A stretch of 64,000 nt of DNA from assembly GCA_964016885.1 (NCBI GenBank), contig OZ024743.1:270444001-270508000 (forward strand), read 5' to 3'. The DNA is from Eledone cirrhosa (taxonomy: Eukaryota). Position numbers and translations under genes: made by a program. The first letter of the stretch is position 1. Every line of letters begins with the position of its first letter. The notes under the pieces were generated by a model that had not been told where the DNA came from, did not search any database, and was given only the letters and a program-made list of their open reading frames with translations. Below, piece after piece: positions 43,783 to 56,820 of the stretch.

Positions 43783-44040
43783 ATAAATAAATAAATAGAT
43801 AAATAAATAAATACATTCACAAGCACAATAACAACAAACATATATAAACACACACTAGTAAAGATAGAATACATTAACCAATACGCAGTCACCCAATCAC
43901 GAACACACATCAAACAAAACACTATACACACACGCAAACGCATGCGCAAAGAAGACAACAAATAAACAAATAAATAAATATATAAACAGACTAAATAAAG
44001 ATGGCGTAGAAAATACAATGCAACGGGAGGAAACAAGAGC

Positions 44041-44082
44041 ACCACTGACGATGCTGCAGATGTGCAACGAAAGAACTTTGAT
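44041..44082 (+). ncRNA. Hammerhead motif in PLE terminal repeat (partly decayed; mirror at ~39217-39258)
   Basis: ACCA CTGACGA T GCTGCA gatg TGCAAC GAAA GAAC TT TGAT. Confidence 0.65.
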
Positions 44083-44273
44083 AAACTATATATATGTGTT
44101 TGTGTCTATATTGTATCTGTATTTTTGACTGTTGGTCAGTCAATGGCAACATTGAGGACCGAATAAATTAAATTAACCGATATAAAAGACACAGAAGCGA
44201 AAAGCGAAAACCAACCAAACAGTGAGTGTGTTCTGTTATTAATTCTGGCAATATTACACAAATATGACCCTCC

Positions 44274-44386
<113 letters not shown>

Positions 44387-44438
44387 GTAATAATAATAAA
44401 TTTGAAGACTAAAAACCATATATAAAATATATATGTGT

Positions 44439-44489
44439 AGTTTCAGAAGATCCCGTTAAGGGTGAAAGCACCGATTTTTTGCTTAAACT
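44439..44489 (+). ncRNA. Hammerhead motif with a core mutation
   Basis: AGTTT CAGAAGA T-CCC gttaa GGG-T GAAA GCA ccgattttt TGC TT AAACT; downstream tail homologous to 3685-3745. Confidence 0.6.
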
Positions 44490-44717
44490 TTAATCTGTTA
44501 TTTTATTATATATATATATTAAAATGTTATACTCTGCTATGTATTGAGTACCTTACTTACTGTGGTTACCTCCGATTCAACCCGGAATAACTTACCTTAT
44601 ATATATATATATGATCTTTAAAGCGATGAAATACCAATGAAGGCTGGAAGATCACTGATGAAAGACTAATTTTATTCATATGTAACCCATTTGCAATCAC
44701 GCAGCACGCCATTTTTT

Positions 44718-44756
<39 letters not shown>

Positions 44757-44776
44757 TTCTCCGAAAATGTTTTTAT

Positions 44777-44864
<88 letters not shown>

Positions 44865-45154
44865 ATAAAAACATTATTGGTATTTCATCGCTTTAAAGAT
44901 CATATACCTCTGGTTGGTGCGAGCAACGGCTGAAGAAAGCCGTTGGGACACGTAAAATAGGGTGAAACGAGCGAGACATGTAAACAAACAAAGATGTTAA
45001 TGCAACATACTTGGGGAAGGTCATGTTGCCCAAAGTATAACAATATCTGTTTCAACACACGTTTTCAGATAAGAAATCTCGCAAAACAAATTAAAAAATG
45101 AATTATATATATATTCATACACAACCAGTCAATCTACCTATCAACCATATGAGC

Positions 45155-45270
45155 AGACTGGAGAAACGAGAAACAAATTGTCTTCCTTAAGGACAAAACA
45201 TACCGCTGGGAATCGAACTCACGACCTTACGATCGTTAACCGAACACCTACCCTAACCACTAAGCCTTTG
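45155..45270 (-). mobile_element. Diverged tRNA-head SINE fragment
   Basis: Reverse complement reads GGCTTAGTGGTTAGGG...GGTCGTGAGTTCGATTCCC (A and B boxes). Confidence 0.6.
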
Positions 45271-45579
45271 AGCCTTCATAATATATTCAGTTGTCTTTCA
45301 ATTTCCTCAGCTCCTGTTTCTAATCTCACTCCCGCTCCTTTTCTTTCCTCTCCACCCCTACTCTCTCTATATATAACTCCGTATAACAACACACCCCATC
45401 ACACATCTATACCCAATATACAACACCCTCTATTATCATCAGCACCCACCCGAAGTTTACCCGACACCCACATTACACACTTTGTCACTCGTCACATCAT
45501 TTTGCCTGTTTTTATACATGGCCATAAGCGTCTCGCTCGTTAATTTCCGTCACTTTTGTCGATACAATTATTCCACTGA

Positions 45580-47790
45580 GGTGGTTGTGGTGGTGGTGGT
45601 GGTGGTGGTGGTGGTGGTGTTAGTGGTTGTGGTGGTGGTGGTGGTGGTAGTGTTGGTGGTGTTGGTGGTGTTGGTGATGGTGGTGTTAGTGGTGTTGGTG
45701 ATGGTGGTGGTTGTGGTGTTAGTTGTGGTGGTGGTAGTGGTGGTAGTGGTGGTGGTGGTGTTAGTGGTTGTGGTGGTGGTGGTGGTGGTGGTGACGGTGA
45801 TGGTTGTGGTGTTAGTGGTTGTGGTGGTGTTGGTGGTGTTGGTTGTGGTTGTGGTGGTGGTTGTGGTTGTGGTGGTGTTGGTTGTGTTGGTGGTGGTGTT
45901 GTTGGTGGTGGTTGTGGTGGTGGTGTTGTTGTTGTTGGTGGTGTTAGTGGTTGTGGTGGTGGTATTGTTGGTGGTTGTGGTGGTTGTGGTGGTGTTGGTG
46001 ATGTTAGTGGTGGTTGTGGTGGTGGTGTTGGTAGTGTTGGTGGTGGTTGTTGTGGTGTTAGTGGTTGTGGTGGTGTTGGTGGTGGTGGTGGTGGTTGTGG
46101 TGGTGTTAGTGATTGTGGTGGTGTTGGTGGTGTTGGTGGTGGTTCTGGTGGTGTTGGTGGTGTTGGTGGTGTTGGTGGTGGTTGTGGTGTTAGTGGTGGT
46201 GTTGGTGGTGTTAGTTGTGGTGATGGTGGTGGTGTTGGTGGTGGTTGTGGTGGTGTTAGTGGTTGTGGTGGTGTTGGTGGTGTTGTTGGTGGTTGTGGTG
46301 TTAGTGGTGGTGTTGGTAGTGGTTGTGGTGGTGGTGTTGGTGGTTGTTGTGGTGCTTGTGGTGGTGTTGGTGGTTGATGTGGTGCTAGTGGTGGTGTTGG
46401 TGGTTGATGTGGTGCTAGTGGTGGTGTTGGTGGTTGATGTGGTGTTAGTGGTGGTGTTGGTGGTTGATGCGGTGCTAGTGGTGGTGTTGGTGGTTGATGT
46501 GGTGCTAGTGGTGGTGTTGGTGGTTGATGTGGTGCTAGTGGTGGTGTTGGTGGTTGATGTGGTGCTAGTGGTGGTGTTAGTGGTTGATGTGGTGCTAGTG
46601 GTGGTGTTGGTCGTTGATGTGCTGCTAGTGGTGGTGTTGGTGGTTGATGTAGTGCTAGTGGTGGTGTTGGCGGTTGATGTGGTGCTAGTGGTGGTGTTAG
46701 TGGTTGATGTGGTGCTAGTGGTGGTGTTGGTGGTTGATGTGGTGCTAGTGGTGGTGTTGGTGGTTGATGTGGTGCTAGTGGTGGTGTTGGTGGTTGATGT
46801 GGTGCTAGTGGTGGTGTTGGTCGCTGATGTGGTGCTAGTGGTGGTGTTGGTGGTTGATGTGGTGCTAGTGGTGGTGTTGGTGGTTGATGTGGTGCTAGTG
46901 GTGGTGTTGGTCGCTGATGTGCTGCTAGTGGTGGTGTTGGTGGTTGATGTGGTGCTAGTGGTGGTGTTGGTGGTTGATGTGGTGCTAGTGGTGGTGTTGG
47001 TCGCTGATGTGCTGCTAGTGGTGGTGTTGGTGGTTGATGTGGTGCTAGTGGTGGTGTTGGTGGTTGATGTGGTGCTAGTGGTGGTGTTGGTGGTTGATGT
47101 GGTGCTAGTGGTGGTGTTGGTCGCTGATGTGCTGCTAGTGGTGGTGTTGGTGGTTGATGTGGTGCTAGTGGTGGTGTTGGTGGTTGATGTGGTGCTAGTG
47201 GTGGTGTTGGTCGTTGATGTGCTGCTAGTGGTGGTGTTGGTGGTTGATGTGGTGCTAGTGGTGGTGTTGGTGGTTGATGTGGTGCTAGTGGTGGTGTTGG
47301 TCGCTGATGTGCTGCTAGTGGTGGTGTTGGTGGTTGATGTGGTGCTAGTGGTGGTGTTGGTGGTTGATGTGGTGCTAGTGGTGGTGTTGGTCGCTGATGT
47401 GCTGCTAGTGGTGGTGTTGGTGGTTGATGTGGTGCTAGTGGTGGTGTTGGTGGTTGATGTGGTGCTAGTGGTGGTGTTGGTCGCTGATGTGCTGCTAGTG
47501 GTGGTGTTGGTGGTTGATGTGGTGCTAGTGGTGGTGTTGGTGGTTGATGTGGTGCTAGTGGTGGTGTTGGTCGTTGATGTGCTGCTAGTGGTGGTGTTGG
47601 TGGTTGATGTGGTGCTAGTGGTGGTGTTGGTGGTTGATGTGGTGCTAGTGGTGGTGTTGGTCGCTGATGTGCTGCTAGTGGTGGTGTTGGTGGTTGATGT
47701 GGTGCTAGTGGTGGTGTTGGCGGTTGATGTGGTGCTAGTGGTGGTGTTGGTGGTTGATGTGGTCCTAGTGGTGGTGTTGGTGGTTGGTGT
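45580..47790. repeat. (GGT)n tract grading into a 30-bp minisatellite (46351-47780, ~47 copies)
   Basis: Unit GGTGCTAGTGGTGGTGTTGGTGGTTGATGT; variant units recur about every third copy. Confidence 0.95.
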
Positions 47791-48255
47791 GTGGTGCTCG
47801 TGGTGGTGTTGGTGTTGGTAGCTGTGCTGATGTTGGTGTTGGTGGTTGTGATGTTATTAGTAGTGGTGCTGGTGATGTCTGTAGATTCGATGGTGATGGT
47901 GGTGGCGGTGATGATTTGGTGTGATGGTGGCAGTACCGTTACGAGCGATGATGGAGGCGGTGGTGTTGGTGTTGGTGGTTGCGGTGGCGTTGGTGTTGGT
48001 GGTTGTGGTTTGCGGAGTCAGGCTTGTTGTTGTTGCTTAACCCTGGGTAAGCATATGATCGAGCATATCGGATTAGCAACGTGACCAGCTTTGGCTAATC
48101 CTCTAACTACAATGAAGCTACAACCAAGAAGTCCATATTTTCAAAAACCGTTGAATGCGATTTCATTCGCTCATTCCAGCCAGTAAGGACTTTGGTTAAA
48201 GTAATTGGACTATACTTATATTATTTTAAATAATTAATTTTATCTTACACACACA

Positions 48256-48292
<37 letters not shown>

Positions 48293-48297
48293 ACACA

Positions 48298-48390
<93 letters not shown>

Positions 48391-49199
48391 GAAAACAAAC
48401 ACACACACACACAAGAAAACAAGCACACACACACACACAAACACACACACACTAATGCATATATATATTGCACCTTTGTTTGTTGTTTCCTTGAACTATA
48501 TATATATATATATATATATTCTACTATCTTAATATTACTCAATATTAAGATAGTAGAAAGACCAGGTACCTCCGTAAAAACACTTATTAGCAAGACATAC
48601 CCTTTTCAAAGACCCTCATGTATAGATAAGAAATGTATAACCTGTAAAATAAGCCCCCATATTAACTGTAAAACTAGAAATGTAGTGTATAGCATAAGAT
48701 GTACTGAAGGACAATGTAAAGACAAAAATATAGTGTACATAGGTGAGACAGCTCGTAGTGTAGGGGAACGGATAAATGAACACTGGCGAGACCTTCAAGA
48801 TAATAAAGAATCATCTGTACTCTACCAACATGCTAAAATAGAACACAAGGGTAAATTAGAGAACATAGAAATAAAAATAGAATCTACACACAGAAAAGAC
48901 GCAATGTTTAGACAAATTACAGAGGCAATAAACATAAAAGAATTACAACCAATATTAAATAGAAAATATGAGTGGAACAGCAACATCACAACTTACAATT
49001 AAGGACAAAATGAAAACACACACACACATAGAACAAACAACCAACCAACATGTAAATAAACAAATAAATAAACGAACATAAACACACACAGACACCCGGA
49101 TGTGGCGTATGCGCAGACTGAGCACACAACACACACATAGAAACAAAATAGCGTAGGACAGAACAAAGGAGAGGCACAGAAACAAAGAAAGGAATCCCC

Positions 49200-49244
49200 A
49201 GTCACTGAAGAGGTCACAGAGCGTGTGACGAAAGAACTATGACT
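49200..49244 (+). ncRNA. Minimal type I hammerhead (intact core)
   Basis: AGTCA CTGAAGA G GTCACA gagcg TGTGAC GAAA GAAC TA TGACT. Confidence 0.85.
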
Positions 49245-49352
49245 ATATATAAACAACTATCTGGTTGTGGAACCAACCAACCAACCAGAAATTTATAAAT
49301 TTATAAATTTATTATAAATTTATTATAATAAATTGAAGTGAAAGCAACTGGT

Positions 49353-49652
49353 ACGTGTGTTTCTTATTGGCAACATGACCCTCCCAAAGTATAACAATAT
49401 CGGTTTCAACACACGATTTCAGATAAAGAATCTTGCTAAACAAATTCAGAAACGTGTGTTTCTTATTGGCAACATGACCCTCCCAAAGTATAACAATATC
49501 GGTTTCAACACACGATTTCAGATAAAGAATCTTGCTAAACAAATTCAGAAACGTGTGTTTCTTATTGGCAACATGACCCTCCCAAAGTATAACAATATCG
49601 GTTTCAACACACGATTTCAGATAAAGAATCTTGCTAAACAAATTCAGAAACG
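49353..49652. repeat. 99-bp perfect tandem repeat x3 (PLE 3' tail)
   Basis: Units start at 49353, 49452, 49551; homologous to tails at 10985-11052, 38965-39035 and 45030-45095. Confidence 0.92.
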
Positions 49653-49664
49653 AAATATATATTA

Positions 49665-49992
49665 TCTATATATCTAAAATAGAGAATGTCTGTCTGTCTG
49701 TCTGTCTGACTCTCTAAAGCTCGAGAACCACCCAACCGATCGTTTTCAAACTTTACACAGGTAATACGTATGGTCCTGTGAGTGTTTTGGGCAAAATTTT
49801 GGGCAAAATTTTGGGCAAAATTTTGGGCAAAATTTCAATTTTTCAATGCTCTAGGGACCGCATTACGCGATTTAGCGATCTCTCTCTATAATTCTTAGTC
49901 TTTCTTTTTAGATAGATACATAGGTATAACGTTGCGCCCTTATAATATCTGTCTGTATGTCTGGCTGTCTGCATTACGACATAACGACGCTA

Positions 49993-50023
<31 letters not shown>

Positions 50024-50177
50024 ATATATATCTATATATATATAGTGTGTGTACATATGTATATATAGTGTGTAACGTTTTTTGTATTTATTTCACGAGG
50101 CTCGATAAGGATAAATATATATCAAATATATAAGAACCCTAGAGCAAATCCCGAGCAACGCCGGGCCATTCTGCTAG
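49665..50177 (+). mobile_element. Non-autonomous Helitron (H1-like termini)
   Basis: A|TCTATATATCTAAAATAGAGAATGTCTGTCTG...CCCGAGCAACGCCGGGCCATTCTGCTAG|T; internal GGGCAAAATTTT x4. Confidence 0.85.
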
Positions 50178-50432
50178 TACATTAGTAAATTTGTCACCAA
50201 TATACATAACATCGCAATGAAAGCACATCGCTAAAAAAAATCATTCAGAGAAACAAATACCTTATACAAAAGAATATCTTATACAAAAACTGCAGCAATA
50301 TCTTTAGGCTGCTTAACTAAAGCAATATCTTTAAGCTGCTTAATTAAAGAAAGATTCTCGTGAAGTGTTCATTTTAGATGACTTTATTTGGATCTACCCC
50401 TCCGCGATTTTGTATAAGATGCTCTACATATT

Positions 50433-50495
<63 letters not shown>

Positions 50496-50591
50496 CTCTC
50501 TCTCTCTCTATCTCGAGATATATATAAATAAAATTAGAATTTTATTTCTCGCCCTAGCACAGCTGATACATAAATGTAAGTATGCACACAC

Positions 50592-50622
<31 letters not shown>

Positions 50623-50826
50623 TATATACATAAACACACATATATACATATATAAGTATGCACCCGTACACACATATATATATAGACACATGCATATATA
50701 CATAAACACACATATATACATATACATATGTAAGTATGGGTTAGAAGGAACACTAATAATAATATTCGATTCGTTTATAAACAAACGGCCCGATTTGAAG
50801 CTGTGTCGTGCCGGTGACCGATCGTC

Positions 50827-53800
50827 TGTTGGACCCTTCCTAAAAACTAACCTTCTAGTTTTATTATTAATTAATTATTCTAGAACCTTCCTGCATCTCG
50901 CTCGCTAACTTTGTAAACACTTTGCTCCTTCTCTCATAACACCCCCCACCCCCACCCCCGTCTGATCGCAAGTATAAAATAAAGCTTGCTGGCTTCCCAA
51001 GGACAGAATTTATCTATCTATCTAATCTATCTTACGGACGATCTGTCGATTTTGAGAATGTAAGCAAAATACTTGTCTTTCCTTTTACCCGTAGTCGACT
51101 CAATAAGCAAAGTTTTAAACTTTTATTTATGCCAGTCTAAATTTCAAATTCTCTGTTTTTCTCTCGGATTTTCAATTAATATTTTATATATTTTTAATAA
51201 TATGTCTCATTCTGTTGGACCCCTTCCTAAAAACTAACCTTCTCCTAAAGTTACCTATAAAGTTGACTCAATAAGCAGTATTTTAAACTTCTATTTATGC
51301 CAGTCTAGAATTCAAATTCTCCGTTTTTCTCTCGGATTTTCATTTAATATTTTACATATTTTTAATATGTCTCCTTCTGTTGGACCCTTCCTAAAAACTA
51401 ACCTTCTAGTATTATTTTTAATTAATTATTCTAGAACCTTCCTGCATCTCGCTCGCTAAATTTGTAAACACTTTGCTCTTTCTCTCAAAGACCCCCCCCC
51501 CCCCCCGGTCTGATCGCAAGTATAAAATAAACCTTGCTGGCTTCCCAAGGACAGAATTTATCTATCTATCTAATCTATCTTACGGACGATCTGTTGATTT
51601 TGAGATTTACCCGTAGTATAAGCAGAGTTTTAAACTTCTATTTATTTCAGTCTAGAATTCAAATTCTCCGTTTTTCTCTCGGATTTTCAATTAATATTTT
51701 ACATGTTTTTAATAATATGTCTCATTCTGTTGGACCCTTCCTAAAAACTAATCTTCTCCTAAAGTTACCCATTTCCCGCCCTCCCACCATTGTTATATGG
51801 TCCAATCATAATTCAGCGGCTTATAGTAAGTTCTCTAACAAATCAGAATAACAAAGCTACCACCTCGGTTACTACTCCTTAAGTTTAGACCTGTTTGATG
51901 GGTGAACTTCGGAATTTAATTTGGAAAGTCTAAGCACTCAATGACAATGTCACAGATAAAGATAGATTCACCTCCCGCTGCAGGGCCAGAATACAAGGAC
52001 CCCTCTTTATTTCAGACACGGATGACCAACGTAATTCCGTCTCCCACACCCCTCCCTGCTCCTCCAATCCATCCATCCCACCCTCCCAACTTTATAGTTG
52101 GTACCATGAACGTAGGCACATTGAAAGGTCGCTCAAATGAGGTTGTAGAGATGCTTGAACGTAAAGAAGTTGATGTTTGTTGTATTCAAGAGACTAGGTG
52201 GAGAGGTGGGTCTGCCAGATTCATCGTGGGTGAAAAACGATGCTATAAACTTTTCTGGGTGGGAAATGACAACGGACTCGGTGGTGTAGGAATTATGTTA
52301 GCTGAAAAATGGGTAGATAAGGTAATTGACGTAAATAGAGTGAATGACAGAATAATTAAAATAAGACTAGTTCTAAATAGAACTACTGTGACAATAATAT
52401 CCGCTTATGCACCCCAATCTGGTCTACCTGACGTTATAAAGGACAGGTTCTATGTCACGTTGGACAACATAGTGATGGCTATGATGGAATCCATGGAGGC
52501 TATGGGGTTGGAAATAGAAATGAGGAGGGTTTCAGAATCCTGGAATTCTGTGGCGCAAATAACCTATCTATCTGTAACACAAACTTAAAAAAACGAGAAA
52601 ACCACTTGATCACTTATGATCAGGGGAACACGCCAGCCAGATAGATTATATCCTTACTAGAAGACGGGACAAAATGTCTGTTGTAAACACTAAATCCCTC
52701 CCCCGTGAAGAATGCACCTCCCAACATAGCCTAGTAGTTAGTGACCTCATAGTCAGGAATAGACGTACTTGACGACAGAGGAGGCCTACCTTGAGGAGAA
52801 GAATATGGAAGTTGAAGGACCCCATAGCCAGTGACAAATTTAAAAGCTTATTACTTGATGCTTTTGACAATAAGGAAGAGCAATTAGAGACGTACAATAT
52901 AGTGGAACAGTGGCAATTCTTGAAAGTGAACCTGCTGAAAGCAACGGATGAAATCTGAGGCTAGAGCAGACCTATTAGTAGGAGGAGAGTAACTTGGTGG
53001 TGGAACAGTAAGGTGGAGGAGACAATCAAGGCCAAAAAGCAGGCTTGGAAAGTATGGCAGGATGGGGGAAGTAGAGAGCACTATCAAGTGGCCAGGAGAG
53101 AAGCTAGGAGACAAGTGTACCTTGCAAAAAGGGAAGCAAAGAATATAAAGTTCAAGCATGTTCTACAACGTGAGGACCAAAAACGTGAGGTGTTCAGGAT
53201 TGCTAGACAATGTGTCAAGGAAAACCGTGATATTGTCGGGGAGAATTGTGTCCGTAATGAAAACGGTGTACTTTCCCTCACTGAGACTGATAAGAAGATA
53301 GCCTGGAAGTGTCACTACGAGAGACTATTAAATGAGAATAAATGGGAAAAAGATAGTCTGCTCCAAATCGATCCAATAGAAGGACCAGCGGTGCAAGTTA
53401 AAGGTAGTATAATAAGTAAGGCAATCAAAGATATGAAGACAGGCAAGGCAGCTAGGCCTTCGGAGATAGTTGCTGAGATGTTGAAGGCATCTGGAATGGT
53501 GGAACATACTATGGTCACCCGTATAGTTAACCAAGTAATACAGAATGGGGTAATACCAAAAGACTGGCGTAGCAGCATCATCATTAACTGCTAAAAGGGT
53601 AAAGGGGATGCTCTAGATAGGGGAAACTATAGAGGCATTAAGTTAGTTGACCAGGTCATGAAGGTCACAGAAAGAGTTATAGCGCAACTAATCAGATATC
53701 GAATTGATCTTGATGAAATGCAGTTTGGGTTTGTGTCAGGTAAAAGTACAACAGACGCTCTTTTCCTTGTACGACAACTACAGGAGAAGTACCTAGCAAA

Positions 53801-55440
53801 AAGTAAACACCTCTACTTAGCTTTTGTAGACCTGGAGAAAGCCTTTGACAGAGTCCCCCGCTCCATTATCTGGTGGGCTATTAAAAAACTAGGTGTCGAT
53901 GAATGGCTTGTGAGAGCTATACAAGCTATGTATAAAGAAACAGTCAGTAAGGTTAGAATTAACAATGAATATTGTGTAAAAGTTGGTGTTCATCAAGGCT
54001 CTGTCCTTAACCCCCTCTTATTTATTATTGCCCTTCAGGCTATAACAGAGGAGTTCAAAACCGGCTGCCCATGGGAACTCCTATACGCAGATGATCTAAC
54101 GCTCATAGCTGAATCAATGGCTGAACTAGAGAAGAAATTCCAAATATGGAAGAATGGCCTAGAATCAAAAGGCTTTAAAGTTAACTTGTCTAAGACTAAA
54201 GTTCTAGTTTGTAGAAAGGAAAATAGGGCACAGGTGCCCTCAGGGAAATGGCCATGCTCAGTGTGTAGGAAAGGAGTAGGCAGAAATTCCATTTTATGTC
54301 CCAAATGCAAAGTATGGGTACATAAAAGATGTAATGTGATGACAGGTAAACTATCTAAGAATGTAGACTTTATATGTGGCCGATGCTCAGGTGCAATAAG
54401 TAGCAAGTGTCCAAAGGATACTAGCTCCTTCTATTGCCCAGATGGTTCTATAGAAATAGTAGACACTTTCCGTTACCTGGGTGACGAAATCAGCAGTGGT
54501 GGAGGGCGTTCTGAAAGTACAGTAGCCAGAGTCAGAACATGATGGAAAAAGTTCAGAGAGCTTATACCGCTGTTGGCTACAAAAGGTTTCTCTCTAAAAA
54601 TGAAAGGCAGATTCTATGATGCCTCTACACGAACAGCAATGCTACATGGCAGTGAGACATGGACATTACGTGCAGAGGACCTGCGCAGACTGGAAAGGAA
54701 CGAAGCATGCATGCTCCGTTGGATGTGTTATAGTAATATACGAGAACGGCAAAGCGTAAATGAACTAAGTGAGAAATTAGGAATAAGAGGGATCAGATGC
54801 TGTTTACTTGAGAGAAGACTACGTTAGTATGGCCACGTGATGCGCACGAAAGACAACAGCTGTATAAAAAAAGTGCAAGTCGATCAAAATTGATGGTAGT
54901 TACGGAGTAGGCAGACCCAGAAAAACCTGTGACGATCTGATAAATTCCGACCTTACAGACTTGCACCTCTCTAAGACCGAGATCTTTGGCGCTACGCAGT
55001 AATACAGAAGACCCGCCTTGCCTATGTACAAAGCGAAACCTACAGTCAGTAGGCACTTCTTAACCAAATATACACCCCAATCCACTACCCCTACCCTATC
55101 TTCCAACTTCCACCAACACCACCCTCTCTCTGTAAAGTTGGTACCACAACATCCAGTCCAAATAAATGAGATGAGATCGAGATCGTGTAGGTGTCGACAA
55201 AAAAACACACAGTCCACGCTGTAATGTGGCCGTGTAGGTAACACGGTAATAAGTTCCCAGTTCCACACTGTAAATGTGGTTGGTGTTAGGAAGGGCATCC
55301 AGCCGTAGAAAACCTGCCAGATAGTCCTATATGAGCGAGACTCGGTCACCCGACCAACCTTGCCTCAAGTGGGACACCTCCCGTCTAACCCATGCTAGCG
55401 TGGAAGATGGACGTTAAACGAAGATGATGATGATGATGAT
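50827..55440 (+). mobile_element. Full-length decayed RTE-clade LINE
   Basis: Duplicated 5' UTR modules, ORF, 3' end AGGAAGGGCATCCAGCCGTAGAAAA...GGACGTTAAACG(ATG)n; ~200-bp flanking duplication. Confidence 0.9.
51941..54960 (+). pseudogene. Disrupted RTE ORF: APE endonuclease, RT, PHD-like finger
   Basis: GTMNVGTL, CIQETRW, SAYAPQ; NYRGIKL, QFGFV, FVDLEKAFDRVP, GVHQGSVLNP, LLYADDL, FRYLG, LHGSETW; stops and deletions. Confidence 0.92.
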
Positions 55441-55506
55441 ATATACATAAACACCACACATATATACATATACATATGTAAGTATGCACCCGTACACACA
55501 CACACA

Positions 55507-55550
<44 letters not shown>

Positions 55551-55715
55551 CACATACATATATACATAAACACACATATACATATACATATGTAAGTATC
55601 GGTTAGATCGAACACTAATAATAATGTTCGATTCGTTTATAAACAAACGGCCCGATTTGAAGCTGTCGTGCCGGTGACCGATCGTCACTGTTTGTTCAAC
55701 ACTGGCTTTGGGGAA

Positions 55716-55756
55716 CAATCAACATGTTTCTGGGTCAGTACCCTTCATCGGGTCTG
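55716..55756 (-). ncRNA. Decayed hammerhead motif in a PLE terminal fragment
   Basis: CAGAC CCGATGA a GGGT actg ACCC a GAAA CATG TT GATTG; downstream tail homologous to 9795-9905. Confidence 0.5.
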
Positions 55757-55915
55757 TATACCTCTTCCAGCCGTAACTCGCTCGGTATGCAAATGAGGCC
55801 ACTCAGCTGGTGTGTACTTAACAAAATACTACATATTTTTAACTGTTTAACCTCAGTTAACTTCTATAAATACTTAGAAAATCGTGTAAAATACCCCATA
55901 GACCTAAAGGATAGC

Positions 55916-56008
<93 letters not shown>

Positions 56009-56050
56009 GTACATGTATGTATGTATGTATGTATGTATGTATGTATGTAT

Positions 56051-56385
56051 GCCGGAAGAACTCATAAGAGTCAACGGCCATCCAAAAGTGTGTATATACA
56101 CATGTACCGCGTGGTTAAACCACTGGGAGTGAAGGCAACTCAAGAAACTGGGATAACTCCGATATAAAACCTGCGGCTCAGTAGTTACCGATGATGTTGA
56201 TCTTTTCTTCTTTTCGGGTTATAGCCACTGTCGCTCAGAGAGTGGGATTGGCTCAGTGCACAGTCTTTCCTCACTTTAAAAAAATCTTCACTCACAGGCA
56301 TTGCACGATAGAATTACTTAATAATTATTGATAATGGTAAATCATGCAATGGCCATACTCGATAACCAGGGCGCAGCCATCATGC
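56051..56385 (+). mobile_element. Diverged non-autonomous RTE-derived element
   Basis: Colinear similarity to 56821-57390. Confidence 0.6.
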
Positions 56386-56820
56386 ATGTATGTGTGTATG
56401 GATGTATGTAAGGGGCGAATTGACAGAGTCGTTAGAACGTCGGATAGAATGGTTTAATGCATTCGTTGTAGCTCTCTGCTCTCTCAGTCCGAATCACGCC
56501 GGGGTCAACTTTACCTTCCGTCATTTCGAGGGCGATAAAAAAGTACCAGTCTGGGGTCGATTCTTCCTCTATATCTCTTTCTCATTTCCTCTCTCTCAGT
56601 TTCTATCTTTCTCTAGAAGAAATCTACTGTACTCAGGCCTGGTGAGGTGGATGGGCTCCGCCAGGCTTAAAATTCCCAAGAAACGCTGTATGTCAATACG
56701 GCTCCCCTACGACTCTATCAGGAATTATGGGACCATACATACATACATTGATGTATGTATCTATGTATGTATGTACGTATGTATGTATGTATGCATGTAT
56801 GTACGTATGTATGTATGTTT

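Larger units (their letters stand above)
48535..49652 (+). mobile_element. Second Naiad-like PLE 3' fragment (GIY-YIG domain, hammerhead, triplicated tail)
   Basis: IKIVERPGTSVKTLISKTYPF...CITC...CKTRNVVYSIRCTEGQC...YIGETARSVGERINEH...ITEA...PILNRKYEW; open frame. Confidence 0.88.

Noticed and set aside
45482-47821. 779-aa Val-rich ORF
   Set aside because: Product of a GGT/30-bp tandem repeat; implausible protein composition
49353-49652. CRISPR-like arrays (also 7722-7940 and 37070-37785)
   Set aside because: Contiguous tandem units without unique spacers, eukaryotic context, no cas genes
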